The notes under the pieces: generated by a model
The model's database searches: none
The model's input: only the letters and a program-made list of their open reading frames with translations
Told to the model about the DNA's origin: nothing
Shown here: positions 11,651 to 23,413 of the stretch, one piece after another
Numbering within the stretch: position 1 is the stretch's first letter
How the letters are laid out: every line of letters begins with the position of its first letter
Made by a program: the position numbers and the translations under genes
Assembly: GCF_004010195.1 (NCBI RefSeq)
Contig: NC_057753.1
Span: 12,723,631 to 12,760,172 of the forward strand
DNA from: Chiloscyllium plagiosum
Lineage: Eukaryota
Length of the DNA stretch: 36,542 nucleotides
Direction: 5' to 3'

Positions 11651-14600
11651 TTTCCTCCCGCATTTCCCACAGCAGACAGGGATACAACGCATCCCGACCT
11701 TGGATATCCATTCTGATTTCCCATTTGAGCTAAGGGTGAACATTAATTGAGACGGTTTGCAACTCGAGGCATTTGCAGTCTCTTACCTTCTATGACAGTC
11801 ACCATCATTCCAGGTCCAATCAGGGCATCTTATTTCCAAAACAGTGACACCTCTCTTAGACAGCCGAGAACAACAAGTATTCGTGGCTTATTATGTCTGC
11901 CACTTGGTTCAAAACGCCAACTCTGCTGCTAATTACAGAAGGGATTTTAATCAATTGACAGTATTACATATTTCTCAAATTCTGTTGTTGCAAGCAGTAT
12001 TTTATGAGACTCTAGATCTTCACAGGTTAACTCTGGGACACGGTTCATACATGATCACTTCATGGAAATGGGGGGAAATGTCACAAAGAGGTAATAGAAA
12101 AAGGAAAATTGAAGGAAATTGTGCCAAAGATACGGAATCTAATGGATACACTAAATTGTGTCTCCAGGTTCAAGCTCTTAGAACTGGATGGCAATTTGTG
12201 TTCTGGACTCCAAACTGCATTTATCATTCCTAACATTTACACACAGATTCTATTCACAAGAATAAGAAAAAAGTAGCATCTGTGCAAACTCGGGCATGTT
12301 CAAAATTGCAGATATTAACGCTATACAACAGGAAAATTAGAAATAATAATGGGAGACAGATGATGTGAGGTAGAACTATACGTTTGGCTACCAAGAGAAT
12401 GCCTGAACTTTTTCCTTTGTTTCTGTAAAAAAAAATGGAGGAATTTATTTTGTATTGTGCAATGTAGTTGGCCATCACTCTGTAGTCGTGATGTGCTTTT
12501 CTGTGATAGTGTCAGTGCCTTCAATTCCTACACCTCGAATTTCCAGTGTAAATGCATTTTATTCTTTATTCATCCGGACAACAAATCTCATTTGGCTTGA
12601 AATATTCTTCCGGGCTCTTCTGGTCTAGCTTTGCTTGAGGAAATATTTGTCTGGGTAAAGATGACTCCAGTTCTAAATGTAATAAATACAGCTGATGGTG
12701 GGTAAGACTGACTCTCCTTCCTGGTCATCTCTGTTGGAGTCAGTGTCATGGACTGACTGAAATCACGTGGAAATTAAACAGACAGCGGTTAATTGATAAT
12801 CAGAGCAAAGGACAACAACAAAAGTTGCTAACCTTTGGCTATGTCAACAGGAGGACTGGTCGCGGCCAACATTACTTTGAATCAAAATAATGTCTACTTG
12901 TTTCATCGGGACTCATGGGTAGCCAGATATACATGGTGAAAATAACTAACATTTTCAGGATTCTGCCGACTACAGCTGATGATTTACATGACGTACAGGC
13001 GCGGCCTGTAGATAAGAACTATTTCGGGACACGGAGTTGCAATGAAATACTCGAAAGAATCAAGCAGATCTCCTCAGTGAATTTACTGAGATAATTGATG
13101 GGCGGCACAGTTCTCTTATGTCACACAGTGTGTTATTTGAATACTGCAAGTTTCAAAGAGGTATCATGCAGCACTCTGTGAAACTGATGTGAATGTTGTT
13201 CACAACTTAGTTTGATATCCATGGCATTTGTGATGTGTTTATGAGTCGGTGAAGTCGCTTAATTTCCACTGCAGGTATGAGGAAAGAAATCGATCCTTGC
13301 ACCTTAATTGGGTGGGGCATGACTCGACAAAGTGATTCGCCAATCCACAGGCAAATGGAAATAAAATACATTAACAATAAACTGTCTCTGTCATTTGAAC
13401 CAATTTTTCTTGCGTCCTTCTCCAATGCAAACTACATTTAATATGATTATATCAGCGCGATTTCTGCCTCGGTATCAGGCACACCTGCAGTGACAGAAAT
13501 TAAGCTGCACCCGAAAAAGAAATAGATATTTGGGGACTTTTTTCCAAAAAAAAATCTTTGTATTGGACTAGATTTTCTTCGGCTATTCTGACACTGGAGC
13601 TGATGCTATAACGTTGTTCTCTCTCTTTCAAAGCTGAATTATTGCCATACCACCACTGATTACACGAATAAACCACTATTTTTGCTGTACTATTGACCTT
13701 CCACAAGGACACTACGTCATACCACATCTATGTTCGTATTGAAGCAGATATCAGTTTTTGCACTCGACTATACCTGAGCTAATATTATACTCTTACACAA
13801 ACTGCATCGGTTTCCATATTACTCAACTGTTGAATTACAATGGACTTTTCTTCAGTTACTCCTACACTGCAGCATGCCACATTTTATATCTTATTGACCA
13901 TGTCTCTTTGCGCTTGATGTTACAACTTCTAATCCATGTTTTAGTAATTAATCAATATTGCTCCGTCCTTATTTCAGACACATGATTGTATGCATCATTT
14001 GTTTCCAGACGATAAATCTCGAAATCATCCTCAAGCAGTTTGGCATAATATCTTAATATAGAGATGATTAAAGGTCTAGAGCCACATTGTGTCCCTAAGT
14101 GGCAATCTTTCATGTTATTTGTATTTCAAATACTTACAATAGTGTCAAAAATTCTTCACTTATCCCCATGATTATGGCACATTTAACAGGCAGATTTAAA
14201 CTTATAAATGAACTGAAAACCTGCAACTCACTCAGGTGCATAATTCTGAAATGCTATTGCCGGATTCCCACAAGGCCCAACGTTCTTTCAGGGCACAGTA
14301 TCTTCATCCATAACTTGTTGTGATGTGAAGCAAATAGAATTGGCCGAGACCATGTATTTGTGGTGGTCAGTACAACTCAAATAAAGAGTACTCATCAGCT
14401 GATCTTTGTCTCTTGTTATTATGTGGGAGAATAACGTGACATATACTACGAAGTTCAGCATAAGTTAGTCTGATGTTGTGTAAGGTTGTATGCTTGTGGG
14501 GACTGAAGATCGGTCCGTTCTTCCATCAATAAAAGCATGACTGATCTGCATGAAGTGGATTGCGAAATCACTTCGTGCATACTACCAAACAACATATGCA

Positions 14601-15585
14601 GATATTCTGTTGAAATGCTCGAGAATGAACTGAAGGTGTCTAACCAAAGCACAATTGATGTTTGATTGTTCATTTTACAAATAAATAGTGCCCGATCCAA
14701 GCGATGAGATCATTTGTTTAGTTCCAAATGGACATTTTACCACTGAATCTACAGATTCCCCAGTACCATGCAGCATTGTGATTGTCTCTCCACAATTGCA
14801 CCACGAAATTGTGCTGACGCAACAATGTTGAATGCTTGTGTGCAGAGATTCTGGCAGGTCCTGAAACCACAACAACGATCACTCTCGCCATGATAGAATA
14901 ATGCCTGCCACTTGCCCGATCGAACTTGTCAGAAATAATCTGTTACTGAGAGCCTGTGTTTATTTTTCATTCCTCAGTCCAAAGGATAATGCTGGCAGAA
15001 CTTGTTCAGGAAGCTTGTTCCAGATGAGACGCAAAGATAAATAGCAGGCAGTAGATACATTGGGAATGTCATTATGGGGAATAAAGTGAGACGCATCGTG
15101 GATATTCTCAAACACTTTTGTGTTGTCATCTTTACACAATTTTATAGTAAAGTGTTCTTTGTGACGACAGGAAACCAGAGGAGACATGCCAAACGGACTT
15201 TTCACGTTATGATTTAGACTTAGATTTTGAGATTTACTCAGGGGTACTATATCAACTCTAGGCCAAGAATTCTGAATTCAAAACGCATCTGCCCAGACCT
15301 GTTCCATAAGAGAGTAGAGCAGGTAACTTCTATTTGTTATTTCTTCCATATACAAATGATGCAGTTAACAAAAAAAGAGAAGCATTCCTCCAGAACCAAG
15401 TTGCTGCATGGATCTCACAATCTACACGATCACACAACTGGCGGCATAAAGTGCATAAGAAGTGCAAAACATACAAATTGCAGTGTAATAAAAGAATGAT
15501 ATTTAATAGATTTTTTTCTATCAGCATTCTAAACTGTGCAAAGAAATTTCAGATGTAAGAGAGTCCAATCATACAGTGTTAAGGA

Positions 15586-15738
15586 GCCTGATGGGAAGAA
15601 ACTGCTGCACAGTCTGACCTTGAGAGACCCAATGTTCTGGTATCTTCTGCCAGATGACAGGAAGGAAAAGAGTTTGAGTAAGGGATTCGTGTTGTCTTCC
15701 ACAATGGCCTCAGCCTTTTGGATGCAGCGTGTGGTGTA
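15586..15738 (-). mobile_element. Rex1/Babar-like LINE C-terminal fragment
   Basis: My translation of the minus strand gives YTTRCIQKAEAIVEDNTNPLLKLFSFLSSGRRYQNIGSLKVRLCSSFFP, resembling the D.THP...LF.LLPSGRRYRS......RL..SFFP motif. Confidence 0.7.
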
Positions 15739-17537
15739 ATTTAGATTTTGTTGTCATATGTACTCGACTATTGAAATATAAAAATACAATGAAAAGTGTG
15801 AAAGTCACAATCCTTTGGAGCCATTTTAGTACGCAAACACAAAGGACGAAAAACAAAATCAGAAACAAAAGAAGGAGCAAAAGGAAAAAACGAAACGCTT
15901 AGATTAGTCCCCTCATGAGACCTCACACCCAGAAAGGCAAAGCTACCAAGTACATTCCTCAGTCTGCGCATACTCAGGTACAGCAAGACCTCGCAATTCT
16001 GATGTTGCCAGTACGTCAACGCTTCCACCGTCCGTTACATGGGGACAGGCATGGGCTGCAATCATGCCATCGCTGTTGGCACCATGTCACCATTCTTTTG
16101 GGCCGTATCGCCTGTATGGTTTTCCTGTTACACTACCCCCAATTTATTGAGCAGTCAATTGTGTTTCCACAAAGTAACTTTGTGGTCTTCCAAGATAGAG
16201 AAGTGTACTGTATTCCGCTGCTCGTTATAATACGTAGGCCTCTGAGTTCCACGGTTTTGAGGAAGCAGTGCAGAACGTTGATCCAGTAAGTTTGTTTATT
16301 TTTTTGTCCTGGCTTTGACCTTTTTAGAAGTTTTCTTCGGATACTACAGAAAGGACGAGATTCAATGCAGAATCATTACGAATTATCTGTGCTTGAGATC
16401 ATGATTTACACTTTGACATACGATGAACATACACAATTCTTTTACAACGCAGAAATTTTACAATCATAACACAATGCACGTGGCTTCAGATGTAACCAAA
16501 ATGTCACTCCAAGTATGGCATAAGATTATCTTGTCTTTGATGAGGATCGTCATCAGGGTGTTCTCGGAATATACTACCCGGGAGTCCCATGGAGACAAGT
16601 AAACAGCCTTTTCGACGAGGTTCTTAATCATAGTAGCTGCTTTTCTTTGTGTCGAAATGCTCCAAACCGAATCGAAACAAAATATGTTGATTTTCTTCAT
16701 CTAAGCAGCAACGCATGTCACAATAATGTTTACAAAACTAGCAGTTCATCGTTAATATGGCTGTTTGTTTCAATACCTGTAATGCATTGGACATTTCATT
16801 AATGGGTGGGATTGTTAAATAAGTAAGTAAGCATGTAAGCTGGACTCAACTTGACCTGCTTTTGTTGATCAAAAGTACATTACGTGTAATTGTGTATACA
16901 AATTGAAACAACATTTGAATGAACTTATGTACCCACGAAACCAGATGCATTAACAACTGTGGCTCTGCTGACATGTTCATGCTAAATGGAGCACTATGGA
17001 GCTTTCTCTTTGGACAGATTATTGGTCAATTATGATTGCGTATCAGTCAAGACAGGCTTCACGCATCTGTTTTCAATGACCTATCCGCAGATTGAACTCA
17101 ACCAATTGCATTACAGAATCTCAAAATCACGTTGCACTTGGTGAGTGATCAAGCAGACAAAATAAGTTCAGTAGTGAAAAGGTGGTTGTGTCTTCCAAGA
17201 GAATTTGCGTTTCTCAGGCTGGTCACGAGTTGGTACGCCTGCTTTGTCCCGAAGTCTAGTTAATCATCATGTTGGTATAGGACGAAATGCAACTGGGGCA
17301 GTGCCATAATCTTTGGCCATTGTTTGTTGGAACAGTACCTTAGCCCTTGATAAAATATCAATGCCATCTCTTCGTAAACGTCAGTCGAACAGCTAGTGCA
17401 CTGATCTGTTTTTGTTTAATAAAGGCAATTAACGTGAAACATCAAATATCTTAATTATTTCCCTCGAGACTTGCCAACAACTAGAAACGTGAACATTTTC
17501 CAGTGAAGTACATAATTCACTGCAGTGTGTGTTAGAA

Positions 17538-17607
17538 ATGCACGGAATACCGAAGGGTCTGGTGTTTGCCATTTACTATCCTGCTCTTGCAGTAGTCGGA
17601 GTGCCAG
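17538..17607 (+). CDS. GPR139-like: Coding exon 1 of a GPR139/GPR142-like orphan class A GPCR (MHGIPKGLVFAIYYPALAVVGVP + 1 nt)
   Basis: First in-frame ATG after TGA at 17490-17492, with a purine at -3. The hydrophobic YYPALAVVGVP resembles the first half of GPR139 TM1 (YYSLLLCLGLP). Ends CCAG|GT (phase 1) and joins in frame to AG|CT at 22265, restoring GVP-A-NL with N1.50. Confidence 0.85.
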
Positions 17608-18227
17608 GTGAAGTACATAGCTTCAGTCATAATTGCTTGAATCATGCATTAACTGCTTTAATTCTAACTTTGCTTACTAACACATCTCGAAGATATATAT
17701 TTTCTCTTTTAAATTAAGGATGTCCGCCACTTCAACTGTACAAATTGTTTCTCTTATATTGTTTCTGATTCTTAACACTGCCGATTTTCTACTTTGACTG
17801 CTGTACTTTACAAGTTAACCTTAAATTCAAGTCATTGCCTGAGATTTCTCTCCATAAATAATTTAATTTCCCACATTCACCGTGCTATTTCACCAACATA
17901 ATCTTTAATTTCTTCTCATGACCTGCTTCATTTATTGCTTCAACGTTTGTGTCACAGGGGCACTTCACCATTTTCATACATTTTCCCAAATTAGCTTTAT
18001 CATCTCAAGATTAAAATATTGTTCTCCTGTTTTATTCACAGTTATTTTGGGGTATTTAGGATAATGTCATCACGTTTGGATGCAAGTATGCTGTATTATT
18101 CGGAATATTTCGAAGGGCCAAATGGCACAAAATTATTGCAATGGAAGTATTATCAGTGTTACTGTGGGTAAATTATTATAGCACTTCTTGCTGATGATGA
18201 ATGTTATCAGCATGGACGTGTGGGCAT

Positions 18228-18507
18228 GATTAGATTACTTACAGTGTGGAAACAGGCCCTTCAGCCCAATAAGTCCACACCAACCCTCTGAAGAGCAACC
18301 CAACCAGACCAATTCCCCTACATTTACCCCTTCACCTAACACTGCGGGAAATGTAGCATAGCCAATTCACCTAAGCGGCACATTATTTGACTGTGGGAGG
18401 AAACCGGAGCACCTGGAGGAAACCCACACAGACACAGGGAAAACACAGACAGTTTCCCGAGACGGGAATTGAACGCGGGTCTCTGGCGCTGTGAGGCAGC
18501 AGTGCTA
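18228..18507 (-). mobile_element. HE1-type tRNA-derived V-SINE
   Basis: gattagatta tail, V-core gactgtgggaggaaaccggagcacctggaggaaacccac, antisense B-box ggaattgaac, and head truncated at gaggcagcagtgcta. Confidence 0.9.
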
Positions 18508-18833
18508 TCAATATGTCGAAACTATTCATGATGAGGAGAATGTGAGACATTGCAGGCTCTCCATAGCAGAAATAAATTCTGATATGATAGAAGCATCAAC
18601 AGCTATCAGTGTGTAAGGGCAGAGCTGGGCTGAGAACCTGAAGCGGGGTAAACAGGATGAAAACGTAAACAGTGCTCTTTGAGAAAAAGGAAAATAACAA
18701 TAACCAATCTGAAGTACGTATTTTGCTTCTAAATCTGTCCACAGTTCGCTAACATATAGTGTCCTTTCAATACATTCAACGACTGGTTCAAGGGTCCCAA
18801 ACTCTCAATTCTGGGAATTACTCCATCACGATT
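18508..18833. repeat. Left arm of intronic inverted duplication
   Basis: Reverse complement of 19534-19874, with about 15 substitutions and two indels by hand alignment. Confidence 0.95.
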
Positions 18834-18848
18834 CCAGCTCATTGTTTT

Positions 18849-19086
18849 TAGATTAGAATCTCTGTTGTAGGGAAACAGGTCCTTTGGCCCAATAAGTTCA
18901 CATCGACCCTCCGAAGGGCACCCACCCACACCCGTGCCCCTACCCTATATTTACCTGTAACTAACACAGCTAATGCTATGGGCAATTCACCTAACCTGCA
19001 TATCTTTGGACTGTGGGTGGAAACCGGAGCACCCGGAGGGAAACCCACGCAGACACGGGGAGAACGTGCAGACTCCACACAGACAG
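18849..19086 (-). mobile_element. 5'-truncated HE1-type V-SINE
   Basis: tagattagaatc tail and core ggactgtgggtggaaaccggagcacccggagggaaacccacgcagacacggggagaacgtgcagactccacacagacag. Confidence 0.9.
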
Positions 19087-19533
19087 TATGTTGCGTTATT
19101 CTTAGCTTTCTGTCGATATATTAGCAAATTGTATTACTGACCGTGCAACAGTTACAGAATAATTTTCAAAATACTTTATTGAGTGAGAGAGTGGGAGTTT
19201 TACGGTATCCATTCACAGAGTGTGACCTCCACTGGCTGATCCAGTAATAACTCATCTTCCTTCGTTGACTTCATGCGCTTGCTTCTTGAAATGTTGGTGT
19301 AATCAACTTTAGGTCGGTACAATGTCAAGGAATTGACACAATTCCCAACAGCATTGTCGACCGACCTGAGCATGAGTTAGAGCAATAGATGAAGAAAGTA
19401 GTTCACAGCTTCTGAAGAATTCGGAAGGGGTCGTGAAGAGAAATGGTTCCTATCAATGAGGCATTAACAAGTATTGTCCTTTGACCACTGTTGTGATGTG
19501 TATATCATAGTCTTGCTAACATGGTGTCAATTA

Positions 19534-19874
19534 AATCATGATGGAGTAATTCCCAGAATTAAGAGTTTGGGACCCTTGAACCAGTCATTGAATGTATTGA
19601 AAGGACACTATATGTTAGCGAACTGTTGACAGATATAGAAGCAAAATTTGTACTCCAGATTGGTTATTGTTATTATTGTCCTTTGTCTCAAAGAGCACTG
19701 TTTACGTTTTCAGCCTATTTTCCCCGCTTCAGGTTCTCAGCCCAGCTCTGCCCTTACACACTGATAACTGTTGATGCTTCTATCATAACGTTTACTAAGG
19801 CAGAATTTATTTCTGCTACGGAGAGCCTGCAATGTCTCACATTCTCCTCATCATGAATAGTTTCGACATATTGA
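19534..19874. repeat. Right arm of intronic inverted duplication
   Basis: Reverse complement of 18508-18833. Carries extra acgtttactaagg near 19788-19800. Confidence 0.95.
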
Positions 19875-20049
19875 CACAGAACTGAGAGATTCAAACAATC
19901 AAATGGGCAATAGCAGCTTTAAAAAAAGATTGATAGTATATTTTCATAATAGTTCTTTATAACAGCCCATGCTGGACTCAGCCAGCGAGCTGGCTTTCCA
20001 AATGGTCAATCTTGTAGCAATTTGGGATACATTACAAACTTTCTAGAGA

Positions 20050-21680
20050 TCGTAATCTAATTGTAATTCGCGCAAAGTTTGAGCAAAAAGGAATGTTCCA
20101 AGTCCAGACTTTCAAACTGAAATAAGGACAATAATGTCATGAAGAGGCATTTCATCCATGAAATGGAAATTTAGAATAGAGGATTTATGAATAGCGATGA
20201 TCTAGAAGACGAGTAAGGGAATCTTTCAGAGCACAAAGATGCGAACAGATCCATTCGAATCAGAAATAAATATTCCAAGGAGACAGTCAAATTCTGCAGC
20301 TAACTGCAAATGTTAAATAGGACAAATTAAATAAATAGTATAATTTTGCAAAAAATGATGAATGGTCAAGAAATTGGAAGAATATGAAAGAATGGTTGAG
20401 TGTGAATAAAACTTTAATTAGGAGAGAAGCATTGGATTCGGAGGGATTATTGCACTTGTTATTTTACATTGTCTTTTCCTGTAGTCAGCACAAATTATAC
20501 TTCAGCAATAGCGTTAAATTTGGAAATATTTGTGAGGATGGAAGTAAACAAATGAAGAATCAGTGAAAAAAAAAACAAATTGAGCAAATGTTTCAAATTC
20601 TACGCAAACAACAGGTCTCAAAAGATCGATCAGAAAATTTTATCTTAAGAATGTCTAAAAGACAATGGTTGGAGTGATTTGCAAGATTCCTGAGATTTGG
20701 CAAAGAATTCATTATCTTGATAAATAGCACAATTACGGTCTTTGTCCAAGATGTGGGGATGAAATGACTGGGAGACAATCGAGGAAACTACAGGCCACTT
20801 ATCTCAACATGGCTGAATTGAAAAATGTACGAATCCATCGTAAAATTCATAGAACTATCGCTATTAAGCATAGAGTAATATGGCAATATAAACATTTTTT
20901 TTCGAAGTGAAATCGTAATTAATTTTATTGGAATCTTATGAAATCATAACATGAGGTGTGGCTAAAGAGCAATAGAAAGATGCATATAGATTTCCAAAAT
21001 ATTTCTCGTAAGTTACCAAATGGATAGTTATTGTGTTGAATAAATTGTCATTGTGTAATAATTATTATGCTTGCGTGGATAGCTAAACTTGCTAACAGGA
21101 AACAAAGAGGAGGCAAAACAGATCTTGCATTAGAAAAATGCAAAGCTTGGTGTATGGCAAGCATCAGTCCTGAGGCTTCGAACGTTTGCAACATTTATGA
21201 TTGCCATGAATAACAGTAACAAGCTATGGATGCTGAACATAATGAATGACACAAATAGGTTTGAATGTAAGTTGTGAGGACAGCATAAGCAGATTATAAA
21301 AGAAAAATATATCAAGCGAGTGGAAAAAACAGTGATAACTGAGTTATAATTTGAAAGAAATTTGGAATAAATAATAAAAGCTAAGCTGAGTGTGCACGTG
21401 ATGAGTGCTTACAGCTTCCTGGGATGACGAGGTTGTACGCAAAGACATCAAGTAGCTGGGGAACTGGATAGATATTACTGCTTAATATGGCAGCAATACA
21501 ATTTAAATATAGTGAAGTTATGCTTCAATTTCAAAGGCATAAATGCACTCTACACAATGTACAGTAATGTACTGTCCACAATATAGGTTTCCAGATTTAA
21601 GGAATGCTATTAAAGATTTACAAGCAATTCAGAGAAGGTAAGATTTACCAGAATGACTCATGGCATGACAAGACTCCACG
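20050..21680 (+). mobile_element. Highly decayed CR1 ORF2 remnant in the intron
   Basis: gattcctgagatttgg (IPE.W), ggaaactacaggccacttatctcaac (GNYRP), tagatttccaaaat (DFQ), and agcaattcagagaag (AIQR). Boundaries are approximate. Confidence 0.6.
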
Positions 21681-22264
21681 CCAAAGATGCTTGCGATTAT
21701 CAGCAGAAGAACTCGGTATTACAACTCCATGTTTTCCACTTTTCCTTCCCCAACTCAGAGAAATGTAAATTTGCCACTCATTTCCTTCTGTTTCAGTTTA
21801 TGTCTTAAATCAATTGCTGATATTGACAGCACTGAACAATGTCACGGCATTTGATTAAGAAGAGCCATATTTGACCCTCAGTGAAGTGTAAACCGTATTA
21901 CTGTCAGCTTCCACATTCGTTGTCTTACCCACTACAAAATTTTCTATAAGGCTTTGATATTATTATTTCACTGGATCACTTAACGAATCAATGTTAATGT
22001 AGACTTGACTCAGAATTGTTCTTGTTCTCTACTAAAATCCAACATCCTGTTCAGTATACCTTATCCATTTACAAACATATTTTTAAGCTGCAAGTATATT
22101 TTGAATGTGGTGACTATTGCATCTAGTGAAAAGTATAAATATCAACGAATTATATCGTTCAAAAAGCATCCAGTAAAATGGACAATTTACTAGAAGTCAA
22201 AGAAGTAATTTTCCTATTCTCTCGCCCTTTCTTTCTCTCACTCTTCGTGTTTTCACTGTTATAG

Positions 22265-23163
22265 CTAATTTGACAGTAATTACAATCCTTTCTCGAAGAA
22301 AATGCGGCCTGTCTGGATGTATGCGTCTTTATCTGTTGTTCATGGCATTGACAGATCTGCTGGTCCTGGTCACTGCTGTAATATTAAACAGGATTGCTGG
22401 GATTTACTATCAATACAGTTTCCTATCCATCACTCCAGTGTGCAGTCTCCGTACTGTGTTAACTTCCACTGCCTTTTTGAGCTCAACTTGGTTAACTGTT
22501 ACTTTCACCTTTGATCGATTTGTGATGATTTCATGTCCGAAGCTGAAAATAAAATATTGCACCAAAAATGCAGCAGCACGGGTCATAGGAATCGTGTTTG
22601 CATTATGTATTATAACAAGTGTATTTTGGTACTTTATGTATGAACCTGTGTATACAGTTAACAATGTACCCTGGTTCTGCAAGCCAAAATTAATATTTTA
22701 CGTGTCACCTGCATGGGCAGCATATGACTTAATTCGTAGCATTTTGAACCCTCTTCTCCCATTCATTTTGATTTTACTACTCAATGCGTTGACGGTTAGA
22801 AACATTCTTGTTGCGAATAGCGCCCGCAGGAGACTCCGGGCCCAGAATCACGGAGACAATCAGAGTGATCCAGAGATGGAGAAGAGGAGAAGATCCATTG
22901 TGCTACTCTTTGCAATTTCAGGCAGTTTCCTCTTGTTGTACTTGTTATCTTTTATAACGATCCTGTATGTCCGAATTGGCAAAGTTACCTATTTCTCAGG
23001 TTCAAATTTCACTCAATCGACATTTATCATTGAGGAGACTGGATTTATGCTTATATTTTTGTGTTCCTGCATCAACCCATTTATTTATGCTGGAACTCAA
23101 AACCAATTCAGAGATGAGTTAAAGAATGTTTTTAAATACTCACTGCGTCGATTTCTTAAATAA
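22265..23163 (+). CDS. GPR139-like: Coding exon 2 of the GPR139/GPR142-like 7TM receptor; spliced product 322 aa
   Basis: Uninterrupted frame (the 297-aa ORF 22270..23163 starts at TTG, not ATG). Long polypyrimidine tract 22209-22260, then TAG acceptor. Class A motifs: ANLTVITILS (TM1), MALTDLL (TM2), Cys at the top of TM3, FTFDRF (DRY-like), ECL2 WFC, LLPFILILLLN (TM5), CINPFIY (NPxxY), and helix 8 FRDEL. Probably a lineage-specific paralogue rather than the 1:1 orthologue. Confidence 0.93.
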
Positions 23164-23338
23164 TTCGAAATACGGAAATTGCAATAGACTACGTCAATCG
23201 TGTACAATGTTCCAAATGAATATTATAACAACGTGGAGAACATAAAATATAAAATATAAAGTTGCAGAATTTGCAGAAGAAATTAGTACTATTAGGATTT
23301 CTGTATGTTTTATTTACTTGATTGCTTTCAGTGTCACC

Positions 23339-23413
23339 AATAAAGCCAACATTTGTTGCCCTCCATAATTCCAGACATTAAGTAACCTAAGACAGTGACT
23401 GGTATGAAATAAA
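23339..23413 (+). promoter_or_regulatory. Candidate polyadenylation signals (AATAAA at 23339-23344 and 23408-23413)
   Basis: Canonical hexamers about 175 and 245 nt after the stop codon. The background is AT-rich, so chance occurrence is possible. Confidence 0.4.

Larger units (their letters stand above)
17608..22264 (+). other. Phase-1 GT-AG intron of the GPCR gene (4657 nt)
   Basis: GT at 17608-17609, AG at 22263-22264, and the splice preserves the reading frame. Confidence 0.82.

Noticed and set aside
13500..13727. YDVVSLW resembling a PLE reverse transcriptase motif
   Set aside because: A single short motif with no supporting neighbouring motifs.
15915..16289. 124-aa ORF
   Set aside because: No recognisable domain or convincing splice signals; it lies next to repeat fragments and may be an unclassified repeat.
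17400..17537. Core promoter of the GPCR
   Set aside because: No clear TATA box or CpG island; the start site cannot be placed from sequence alone.
22270..23163. Treating the 297-aa ORF as a single-exon gene
   Set aside because: It starts at TTG in mid-TM1 just after a strong splice acceptor; the upstream exon supplies the ATG and the rest of TM1.
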